From assembly GCA_964234715.1 (NCBI GenBank), contig OZ174279.1: a stretch of 64,000 nt of DNA; one strand, written 5' to 3'. The notes below the pieces were generated by a model. It had not been told where the DNA came from, ran no database searches, and saw nothing but the letters and a program-made list of their open reading frames with translations. A program made the translations under genes and the position numbers. Below, piece by piece: positions 50,101 to 62,100 of this stretch. Numbering within the stretch: position 1 is the stretch's first letter; each line of letters starts with the position of its first letter. Origin of the DNA: Podarcis melisellensis. Lineage: Eukaryota.

Positions 50101-53100
50101 AGATACAACAGATTTCTGAACTGCACTCAAATCAAAAGATAAACTTAAAAACTGAAATTACTTCTTGATTAAAGAAATCTTAGCTAAATTATCATATGAT
50201 TTAGTTCAGTAATCAATTAAATGTGCATATGATATGATGAAAGAAAATCTAAAAAATATGTTATTAGATTACGTACACATGTAGCTAAGCAAGCATTTTC
50301 TAAGAGGCAGAATCCTTAATTATTTTACACACAGAGGGAATACCTCTCCTAAGATATAAAAACTGCAGTTGGCAAGCTCCAAGTACTTCAACTAGAAACA
50401 ATGCTACATGATTAGAACTATGATTTAACTGATGCATCTAAACTAATGGTGTCCCAGGGTCTATAGGATTTTTCAAATCTTCCTCTCCAAAGGCAGAAAG
50501 AGATGCCTGTCTTCGGAGAGGGAGGACAGATTTTGTAAGGCCCTGCCCTGTCACTATAGAAACCCCTGTGCCCCTTACATAAACACATTGTGTTTCCCCA
50601 ATAAAACCATAGAACAGGGACAAACCATGTCAGCCCTGGAGCTAGTTTAGCTTATTTCCATAAATCATAAAAGAGAGAAAGTCAGAAAGGGGGGGGGCAT
50701 TCCTTCGACCCTTCCTTCTGCCTAAACCTGGCAGGGCTTTAGAAGCTTCAGTTCCTTTGTCTTTGTTTCGACACACACACCAGCTGTAACTGCTCTGTAA
50801 CTGTTGCAGTTTCTAACTTTATTTTCAAAAAGGTAGCTTTTGAATTCTAAAAGTCAACCATTTTACAAGAAAACATATTGACGAGGAATCAGAGAGGTCT
50901 TGCTTGAGGAGCCAAGCACTTTCACTTGCATATGGCAGTCCCACCTAATTCTTTGGACTTTTCTGTTCTGCACTGTTCTGGGAATGCTGTTCCAGGAGTC
51001 AGGAGCAGCTGGACTACCAAGCTGTACAGAGAAGTCAGGAAAGCCTGCTATATAGAAAGAGTTCTGCTCAATGTTTGCTCACTCTAACCATTCAAGGTTG
51101 CACAGGTGAAGGAAATTTTTGTTGGACTTCTTGTGAAAAAGTTCATTCTCTTCACCGGCCAAAGGTTATTCCAGAGTGGGTTACCCCACCACTGAAGAAT
51201 GGGCTGAAACTCATTGTTTGGATTTCAAAAGACAAAAGTGACTGTTATGTTTGACTAAACAAGCTTTAATCATATTTATCTAAATACAGAAATGTGTATA
51301 AACATTTGATGTTTTTCGCTACTGCACTTACTTGCAAATCACAATGTCTGGCAGCATCTACTATTGCACGTTCCAGTTGGAAAGCATCAACAAAAGGAAC
51401 CAGAGTAGTCAGGCGAGAAAATTCGATGCTTTGATAAATTTGGGCCACCTGCGTAACACATGAATATTCAACTCTTTCCAATTATTCATCCTAATATTGT
51501 ACAAGCATTTTTAAGAGCTCAATTAACTTAAGTCAACAGCTTAACCGTCAAGAATAGTGAATAATCATTCACATTTAAGAAACACTTCACATTTTCTGTC
51601 AAGCGTTTATTCAAAGGAATTACTCACTCTCCCAAGCAGCAACTATGTGTGAAGGAGACTGGCAGCAGTCTCTCAATGGAGTAAAGCTGCTAATTAGCCT
51701 TCAACTGTTCCTTTAGCACATCAGAAATAACACTGCTTACCACTGTAAAGGAAACAGGTCAATGACATGTGCATTTGGAAAACTGAAACATCAAGCACTA
51801 AAAATGCCTTGTGTTAAGAATTTATTATTTAACTAGATAGATCCATCACCCACGCCTTGTACCTCTGTAACCCAGGCAATGTTTCTGTCTCCTGTAGCTT
51901 GTTCAGAGCACAGCAACATTGTCTATGTTTTCTGTTAAGCATCAGAAGCCTAATCCAGACAGCCATCATGCAGAAGTAGTCAAGCAATAAGCCCAGACCC
52001 AACTTATGCTCAGTCACTTGTGTAGTCTTTACACACATGTGTACTAATAGTAAACACCACTAGGAGGCCATGTATACAAAGCCTGTGCATATTTGTGCAT
52101 TGGTAGTGACTATACAAACAATATAACTGGAAGTGGGGGTTCTCTACATGGAAATAATCCCACCCCCTACACATGTTCACTTGAATGAGCAGGGTCATAG
52201 GGCATATGAAAAAAAGTAGTTTGCTGCATGTGGTTCTTTGGTGCTGTTTCATACATTATTCAAAATGGCATTGCACCAACACCACTCTTTGGTAACTACA
52301 TCTTCTTGTCAAGTTACAGCAGACCACATGGTTATGTGTCACATTAGTGATGTCTCCTTAATTAAACAAGAATTACAAGTGTAATATATTCCCTATATGA
52401 TATGCTTTAATCACATGGGCAGAACTTGAAGACATTACAGAAAACAGTGTATGAGAACCATGTTCCTTATGATACAGATAAGCTCTTAGTCAAAAGGAAC
52501 TGACAAATATAAGGTTTAATTTAAGAGATTTCAGAGTTCAATCAAGGAACACGTCCAGTATCTACTACATACAGGTGCAACTGAATTAAGGGTGCCCCTT
52601 ATATCTTTCACTAAGTGATCCTTAAAAGATACATAGGAACGGAACATTCTATTTAAAAAAAACACACTACCCTGCCAGTCATGAGATACCAGGATAGTTT
52701 GCATTACAACAAAACAGTAAAACACACAACTTATAGGGTAGAATTCAACAATGCACTCTGATGAATATACCATCTGCATAAACATTACAATGACCCTCTC
52801 CTCTCCTCCCTCTATGTGCTCTTCTAGTGGTTCTCCTCATCATCACCACCCCAAGTCGGTTTCAGGGAGCGTGGAGAATGTGTAGGGTGACCAAGTAGAA
52901 GTCCTTGAGCAGGACTACTGACCAAGTAGAAGTCCTTGAGCAGGACTACTGCTCAACAAAACTTATACAAATATGACATTAAGAATACCCTGAGAGTCAC
53001 AACCAAACTCCTCACTTGTACAGTTGAGTGAATCTTGATGGATTTAGGAATTCTGCAACATTCACTCCAACTGCACATTCCACTTTGAAGATTCTTGTTT

Positions 53101-56100
53101 TGCAATCATACCTGCTGAAGCAGCCTGAGTATGGTGTTATTTTGAAGATGGGGGATATACAGTTGCAGTTCTGGTTCCTTCTCAGATTGGTCTCTTACCC
53201 AGTTCAACACCTGTACAGAATTATTTAGAGATAGTAAGATAGCATGGCTGGTTCAGACAATACCTTTTCCTCACTAAATTGCATCAACCCTCCAATTTTT
53301 CACAGTAGTGCAAATATTTATTGAATTTTATGACAATTAATGATACAAATCTCATTCATCATGTTATTCACAATTATTCTCCCTCCCCTCCTCTGGACTT
53401 CCCTCAACTCCCTCTCTGCTGAGTTATTAGTTTTATTTATCGTATCCTGCTTTTCCTACAGAAAAATAAAATCCCTTATCATTTCTTTAAAATATCTGTT
53501 ACTCAAATGAAGTTGTGAAAGTTTATTCAAATCCTTTCAGTGAAACCAGTCTATTCTGTTGTTTCTGCAAATAAACTGTAAATGGTTCCCAGACTCATTT
53601 GAAGTCTTTTGTCCTTCTCTCGTAGTTTGTCTGTTAGCTTAGTCAATTCTGCATAGCAAAGTATACTTCTATAACATGTCAGAAACATGCTAATCTTCTC
53701 CAATATTAAAGAGGTATATTTTTTCAATTAGCAAGAAAATGGGAATGCCTAAAGCCAAAAACTAGGGACTTTTGGGCTCAACATGCACACACAGGAGGGT
53801 ATACTCAGGAATACACAGGGAGCGAAAATTAAGGCAAGTCCTTAAACTTTTTCAACCCAATATATTCTCTAATCCAATATACCTCCTCCTGTTTTAAGAC
53901 CACAAAATCATTACTTAGTTCAATCACTAAAGTGTTTCTAACACAATGTGTATTAAGTTGTGTTTGAAGGTGACTGACAGTGGTGACAATGTTTGCCACA
54001 CTGCTAATTTACCTTCACCTTTTATCTAGCACATTAGAAATATCTTTGTTCTTATAAATAGTAAGAGAAAGACAATGAAACGTGCTTCACCCTGTACAAC
54101 TCTGGAGAATTACATATATGTCAGCTAAGCCTACAACCTTGAGCACACACGTATTAGGCAGAAAGTCCCCTTGAATACTGTGGGATTTACTTCCCTGTAA
54201 ACATGTACAGGAATACACTGCAAGCAACAGTTAATGCTGTTTTCTGGCTGTACAATGACATTTCAAATCGGAAGCATCCATTAGTCACTTGAAATACAAA
54301 CTAGGAACCTACTCTTGCAAAAGGGCATTTTCCATTTGCATGACCAGGTTTTGCTTTTAAATGTGTAGTATTTATATGAATGGAAATTCAAGCAGCATTT
54401 TCATGCAGTTAGAAATTCTAGAAACAGATTGGAATGCTATTAATAGTGACATAAAATAACCTGGACGCAAAAAGCACTTTAAAAATACCATACATCTACT
54501 ATATATCAACATTTGTCTGAATTTTGTCAACTACACAGAAATTACATACTTCTGAATAAAATTTCAGGACTTACCTTGCATACGCGGCCACATAACTTCA
54601 GTGGATGAAAATCTACTTCAAGCCAGTTATAAAGTTCCTTTACTTCTGGGACAACATGTTGTACAACATTAAATCTCACCTATAAGACATGAATGTTTTT
54701 AACGGTAAATATCAAACAAGCTGTAACACGTAATGCTTCATCTCAAGGAATAGCTAAAATACAATTTTTTAAAAAATAATCAAAATGTGATAGATAAGAA
54801 ACATACTCTTCATGTGCAATTAATGTGACGGGGCATACATCTCCAAATGCTGAAACACCTAGAATGTCACATTTACAGATCTTATGGAGAAGCAAGGCCA
54901 AAGTCATGAAATATGCCCCACTGTAGATGGACAGCACTAAAGAGTTCCAGTTGCTGCTGTAGTCTGCAGCTAGACTGGGACTGGAGGGAGAAAGTAGGTA
55001 AGAAATGAAACTTTTAATTTTCAATCACATTGTTTACTATTCACATCATTCTGAAGTTTTACTAAAGTTCCTTTTAATCAAGGATGCAAGCTACAGAGAA
55101 ATGTTTTATGAAATGTTGCTTACCATATCATTAATGAGAGAAATTCGTGTAGGTGGGGCCTGGAGGCCCAACAGAGTTGCCAATCGCCGCTGCTTTTCAA
55201 CAATGATGCCATCCATGTCTAGAAGGCGAGCAATGTCAGTTCGTTCAGGTGTTATAGGAATGGACAGAGTGGCCAAAAGGACTCTCGTTGACATCCTACA
55301 GACAGAAGATTTAAGCAGTTGAATTGCATTAGCTTCCATTCCAGATGCCATCCCTAAAATGGCCTAACTGACAAGCTTTAAATCCAGCTTCCAACCATTT
55401 GCAATACACTATTGATGCTATTTCTAAGTTTAAAAATGCACCCGCAAACAAAAGTTTTCCTACCTCTGCATCTCCTCCTGTGTGAGGTTCTTACGCATTT
55501 CCCTTGAGAGATGATAAAGACGGTGAAGTGTGGATGCATGAAAGAGCGCATTTCCTGATTTCCAGAAGACAGTAGAAACTTTGTGATAATAGTTTGCCAT
55601 CAGCTGGGGCTTTGGTGGTTTCTTGGACAAGGAGAATAATCCGTGTATGTCTTCCACAGCTTTGAAGGCTTCCTGAAAGGAGTTTTTTTTAAAAAAAAAT
55701 CTTGTTACACTACAACTGTATGTCAAACAAGTTGGAGGGGAGGGATACATAGAAACCTCATACAATGTAAAGTAACAGGCCTAGTTTGTGAGGTCTGCCG
55801 GAAGAGTGGCGTATTAATAAATACATGTTATTAAATAAATAAATAGATAGATCTAAGCGGGGAATTTCCAGCCCACAAACCAAGCATTGCTGCCAGGACA
55901 TCTTGGGGAAGCCACGTCCACCCATATGATATCAATTGTGGGTCAAGTAACGGTAGGGCTTCAAAGAAACAACTGGGAGCTTGAAATAGTTTGAGCCTTC
56001 CCCCTCTCAGCACTGCGCTCAAGCCCTATGTCTGTAAAGCTTTGAAGCAGGATTATGGGAGCTGTTTGACCACCATTTGTACACATCCTTGCACTGCTCC

Positions 56101-59100
56101 TTAAAACCTTGATTTTGTTTAGTTTCAAAGGAACAGGATGGGGGCTCTTTGATTGACCTTTGTAAACAGCAGCACATGGTTTTATTATTTTTACAAAGGG
56201 CTGCTTAAAATACCCCACTGTGCTTTGAAGTCTCATCAGCCAGACACCTGATGTCACTATGATGCCAGGTGATTGACAGGCTTCAGCCACCTGTCAAATT
56301 TGGCTTGCAGGGGAGATTAAAATCTGGTCCACTGACCAGAAACAAGTTCCCCAGTCCTGGTATGCTCATTATCTCAAGTTCTGAGCCTAAGCACACTTTT
56401 ACCAGAAAACTTTATTAATAAATAAATTTATGTTAAGTTATTTATGTACAGCTCTCTAAATTACCAGATCCCTTAAAGCACAAAGCAGAAGGTAAAGCTT
56501 AAAAGAATTTGGCAACAGAAAGAGAGACTGTCAGTACCTCAATAACTGTGTAATTACATACCTGCCACAGTTCCATGCTTATAGCACTGTCCAACTGTAC
56601 AAGCCTGGTTTCCAAATGCATTGACTGACTCTCTGGGTTATTGAGATTGATAGCCGTACTCTGATTGTGATGACGCTGGATCTGGCCCAAATGCATTCTC
56701 AAATTGTCACAGAGTTTGCGGAACTCAGCTTTACGAGTATATTGCAAACAGAACCTGAAAGCTGCAAGATAAAATTATGGCATTTGGAAGCAGTTAAAAA
56801 GTCAGTTTGGCCTTTTTCACACAACAGAATAAACTGAAGTATGGCTTACTGGGACCATGTGCCAATGTGAGCTACTGGAGATTAGCTTGCAGCTGCTTTG
56901 CTTCTCACCAGTCATTTTTACTCCTCACTACATTAAACCATGCAGGTTTGGATTAGCATGCTATTCAAATCTGAGCTCATGGTTAAGCTCTCTACTCACT
57001 AACCACTTAACCATGAGCTAGGTGCAGACACTAAATCAAACCTTAATTTTGTTCAGAATGGCACAGAGGTAAAAAGACCAGGGAACAGCAAAGCAGTTGC
57101 CAACACCTCTCTGGGACCCTGTTTCATGCAGTCCTGGCAAGACATAGGTTGACTTGCTGTGCTGCACTAACCAGACCAGCAGTTCAAACTGACAATATTT
57201 TCTAACACTCAAATTTACCTGTTTGATCCACTTTGTTTTCTTATCTTTTAAAAGATGCTTTTTACTTTCCTTAATAAAAAGTCAGATAATAGTTGAACCA
57301 TTATTATAAAAAAAAAATAATTTTCTTTTTAAAGAACAAAATGCACCTGCTGGAAGTAGGCAATCAATAGGAGATTCCAGAACTTTAAAAAGTGACTGCA
57401 TGTCTTACCAAAAAAACAAACAGATTTTACCTTGTTGTGCAATATCATGATAAAGCCGCTCCACTCTAGAATTGTTTCTGAGAAGGTCCAAACACTGCCT
57501 GTAGGATTCCCATAGAAATTTAACCCAGGGAGTCAAAAGTAACCGATCAGTACGATCTTGAGTGTCTTCCCCACTCACAGCACTTAGGAGAACACTAGAA
57601 TTAAGAAACAAAAGGAATATGTTTTTCTACAATATTTTTATCTTGTCATCTCACTTGCCAAGATGCATATCAGGCAGCACAATGAAATTCTAATGACACG
57701 ACAACATCATTCTTTGAAAGCATCTTTCAAAATGATGGGAATGCAATTCTTGTTTTAGTCTTCCACATCAAGGTGAAAGTTGATTTGACTGAGTCAGACA
57801 TAAGTCTGCCAAAAGAACTCAGTTTGCATCCAAAATCATAAATTAGTTCATCAGTGTTTTTCAATATATATGCATAATACAAAATGAAGCTTCATACAAA
57901 AAGTATCATAGCACTGTTACCTACCTCTCTGGAGTCTGAATATTATCTAAGTCTTCAATATCTAGCACCATCTGCTGAGACTCTTCTTTAGCAGATTCAG
58001 TTTTTTCTTCTGCTAATTTTAAGTAAGCCCGAACTACATCCTCCAAGGATTTGATGTTCACCTGTATCAGAATTAGAACGGCTATAAATAACTTTGCTTA
58101 GACTTGAGGTGAAGTTATTTATATAAGAATAAATATAGATATAAATATAAAACTATGATGGTATAATGAAGTGTAGCAATGCATCTGAGAACAATTGACT
58201 TCTGCAGCTACAATTCATTCAAAAGTGTTCTATTGGTGATATATGCTCCTTATCTCTAATCCTATCAAGCTTTTATAAAGTCACATTTATAGTACAGAAC
58301 CATCAAGTACATTTTTCTAAAACATCTAGAAATATATACTTTTGTTATAATGCTTGTTTTAACAACATATTATTAATATGACAACACTTTTCAGAGCCTT
58401 TACCTGTTGGCAGATATTTTTGTACTGATATAGGCCTTCTTTAGCCAGGTGGCTCTTGCGGAGGTCCACACAGAGCTCCAAGTACTTCAGCATAATCGGT
58501 TCGTGGATCTTTTGCCATGTTCGGTGTTTTTTACTTTTCATAACATCATAGAGAACATCAAGAGCAGGTTGCTTCTTCCCAACCTCAAGAAATTCTGAGA
58601 AAAATAAATTATGACTCTTAATACAAACTGCAATAAGGTACTTTCATTTTAATAAATATATTGCTTCAGAGTGGAACAGAGGAAAGTTGCTATAAAGAGC
58701 CATTTCCACCTCCAGGGAATCACATTGAGCAACAACTGTAAAATAGGGGGAGCAGTCTAATTTTATACTTTGCAGAATACTGACAGCCAAAAATTACCGG
58801 TACTTTAAAAAAATGTGCACCAGCTTACTAGCAAACGTTTTTGTGGACCACCAGCTTTTGTGAACTTGCCCACAAATTGTCAATGCTTCAAAAGGATTTC
58901 AGGAAACTAATACTATAAAGTCAGCCATCTCTGATAGCTCAAACTAGCTATTTAAGTGTCTAGGGAAGAAAAACAGAAATATAGTGAAGTGGCAACAGTT
59001 CTTTGTAAAACTGTTTCACTTTAAAAGGAAAGGTTGCAACAGATTGGCTAAACCTTTAGTAAGCATTGTTGTGTGTTCTAGAATAACGAGAGAAGTGATA

Positions 59101-62100
59101 CAATTTGTAGTTACAAACTATTGTCATTTCTGTCCTTCAGCTATAAGAGTTCTGCAATATCTTCAGTTTCAAATATGAATAGCTATGACTCTACAAACTA
59201 AAATGGATGAACACTTATTTTCCATCTCACGAGGACACTCCAAGAACTACCATACCTTGTTTATGGCAAGTTACAAATACTTATTACAGTCTGATGCCAT
59301 GCATGTGGAATTAAAAGTCAACCCCAATCTGCTAAATGACATTCTGGTTTATAATGGTTAACAGAGAATGAACAATGAGCTGGTGCCTGCTGCCTGATTG
59401 CTCCTGCTGCACTCTTCCCTGGCTGTAAATGGCTAAACAAACAAGGAAACCTTGGCTTTGTATTGCAGGGATAACCAGGGATATCTTCCTGATCATATAT
59501 AGGATTGCTTCCTGATGCAACAACAAACCATTGGTTCATGATGGCTGGCAATCATGGCTTGCAATGGAGAAATAAACCATGATCCCTGGTTTGTATGTAA
59601 CACAAAGCCAAGACTTGCACTTGCACCAGGGAGGCAAGATGGAAGCAACTGAGCAGGGTGCACCAACATGCTGTTTATTCTCAGTAGAACACAGTAAGCC
59701 CAAAAAAACTGGGCTATCATGAAGTGCAAGTACAGCCAGTACACAATCTTGCTTACTATTCTTGTATGTTTACAGACAAACAGAAATCTGACTCCTCTCC
59801 AAGCCAAAATAAATTTGCAGCACAAAAGGCATGTGGGCTGTATGGCCAAAGCTTCTGAATTACGCTCTTTGGTTGTATAAAATCCCTCTTTAGTGGCAAA
59901 TGACTATTTATTGCTATAAATACCAGTAAATATGGTATGTTTGTTAAAGAAATGTATTATTTTCAACGTAAGAAACCTGATTTCAATCAATAGATTTTAA
60001 AATTATTTAAATCACATTTTGACTTTTGAAATTAATACATTTTCAAGTTTCTTGTTTGAGAGATTCTTGGTTCTAAAAAAACAATAAAAATTATGAATCC
60101 CAAAACAATGTCAATGTTAAGATCCTGGCCACTTACTCTTGAATTCACTATTCATATGCTAGTAATATATAGCATCCAATACAATGAAGCTTTTTAAAAA
60201 TATGTATTCTGTCAATATTTTTAAGTAATTGCCAGATGATAGATGAAGTATGTGTTCCAACATGACAGCAAACCCCATGGTTAGATATTACAAGAACCAC
60301 CATTGTACATTCCCACTTAATTTGGATGCCATGATTAGTAACTTCCTATCCTTGTCCACAGCAAACCATCATTTTTACTTTTGTCCAACAGACAAATTAT
60401 TGTTTGCACATAGCAACAAACCCTAGTTTGCCACAAACAAGGATTAGGCATTTACTGAGTGAAGTGTGTGAGGGGAGTAAGTGTGCAAGACAGGCATTAG
60501 AAATAAAATCATAATTTGGTGTTAAATCTGAATGGCCTGAATGCAGGAAATGGAAAAATCAAGTAAGAAAATTTGAATAATTCACATAATGGTAATATGC
60601 ATGTTAATGATTAAAAAAAAACTTTTTAAAAAACTTAACTGAAATTTCAAGACTTAATTCCATTTGACAGTAATGGTTTTTATCAAACTTTACTTGTACT
60701 TATTAGGTACATATAACCTGCTTTAATTAAATTATAATATGCTCACACATATTTGGCTTGAGTCTACTGTAACAGGCAGCCCTACTATTTAAAACTGGTT
60801 CTTACCAGCATTTTGGTTATTAAATTAGCTTTTAAAGTGGGTGTGTTCACTGCCCTACATATTAATACAGTGAGCTGTGTTACTGGAATTTTCAGTGCAC
60901 TACATAAAAGACAAAGAAAAGGATGAGGGGAGGAATGAGATGTATCAAGCACAGTAACAATAAACTTCCTGAATATTGCTTAAAAACTTTATAATCTATT
61001 ATGAAATTCCATCTTGTTCAGTTGTCTTAAGTTTTCACAATGATATTTCACGGTGTTACAAATAAAAGTAACTACGATAAGTAACTCCTATAAATAATGG
61101 CTCTTTGTTTACTGCAGCTGCTTAACAGTAGACTTTCCAAGTTGCACTGGAAAGCAAAAACTGGTCAAAATTCTCGTCCAAATTGTAACTTTTGTTCCAT
61201 ATGCTTAGTTCTGTGTCATCAGATGTGATGTCAACTCTGAGAAAGACCAAATATTTACTTTCACATCATACCAGACAGTGCACGCTCTGGGGTAGGCATG
61301 TCCAAAGTCCATTTGGGGGCCCTAATCTGGCCCGCTGGTCAATTTAATCCTGGGGTAAAGCCCTAAAAAGGCTCAACAAATTCAATCCTAAAAAAGGTCA
61401 ACAAGTTTGGTTTGTCCTCACGCATGTTCACTTCATCAGATCTGGCCCTCTTTGAAAAAAGTTTGGGCACCCCTGCTATGGGGGTCTCAAAATGAACGAT
61501 ATTAATTTAATGGTTAAAAAAAAATGGGGAACGGGGGAGGGGGAAGATAGAGACAGAGAATGAGCGCCCATTTCCTGCAGCGGGGCACCCCTGCTATGGG
61601 GGGTCTCAAAATAAACGATATTAATTTAATGGTTAAAAAAAAATGGGGAACGGGGGAGGGGGAAGACAGAGGCAGAGAATGAGCGCCCATTTCCTGCAGC
61701 GCTGTGGCTAGATTTGTCATCGACGCCACTGGGAAATTGAGCTAAACCAGGATTCTGGCGCCGGCCATAATTCCTGACGAAACGTAGGGAAGGTGCGAGT
61801 TTTAAGGGCGAGAGATATTTCGAAACCCAAAGTTGCCCCCGCGAGATAAAAGCCGCCCTTTGTTTATTGATTCGGGGGGTGGGGGTGGGATAATCAACTG
61901 TGAACAGGTATAACGCGACAGCCATTGAAGACAAACGCTGCCTAGGGAGACACTTTTAAAAAATGTGTTTTATTTACTGACGAAAGAGGGGAAGGAAAAA
62001 CCAGGCGCATCCCTCTCCCCGCTCACACCCCCTCGCGCGGAAGCCTGGGCTCAAACGGGAGGAAGTGAGTCCGGAGAGCCGCCACGAGGAGCGGAGAGGC

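Noticed and set aside
50165-50228. Possible third SNORA19 remnant in intron 10 (minus strand ATGCACATTTAATTGA...ATTTCTT)
   Set aside because: The closing AUGUGC stem, second hairpin and ACA box are not recognisable; AT-rich chance similarity cannot be excluded.
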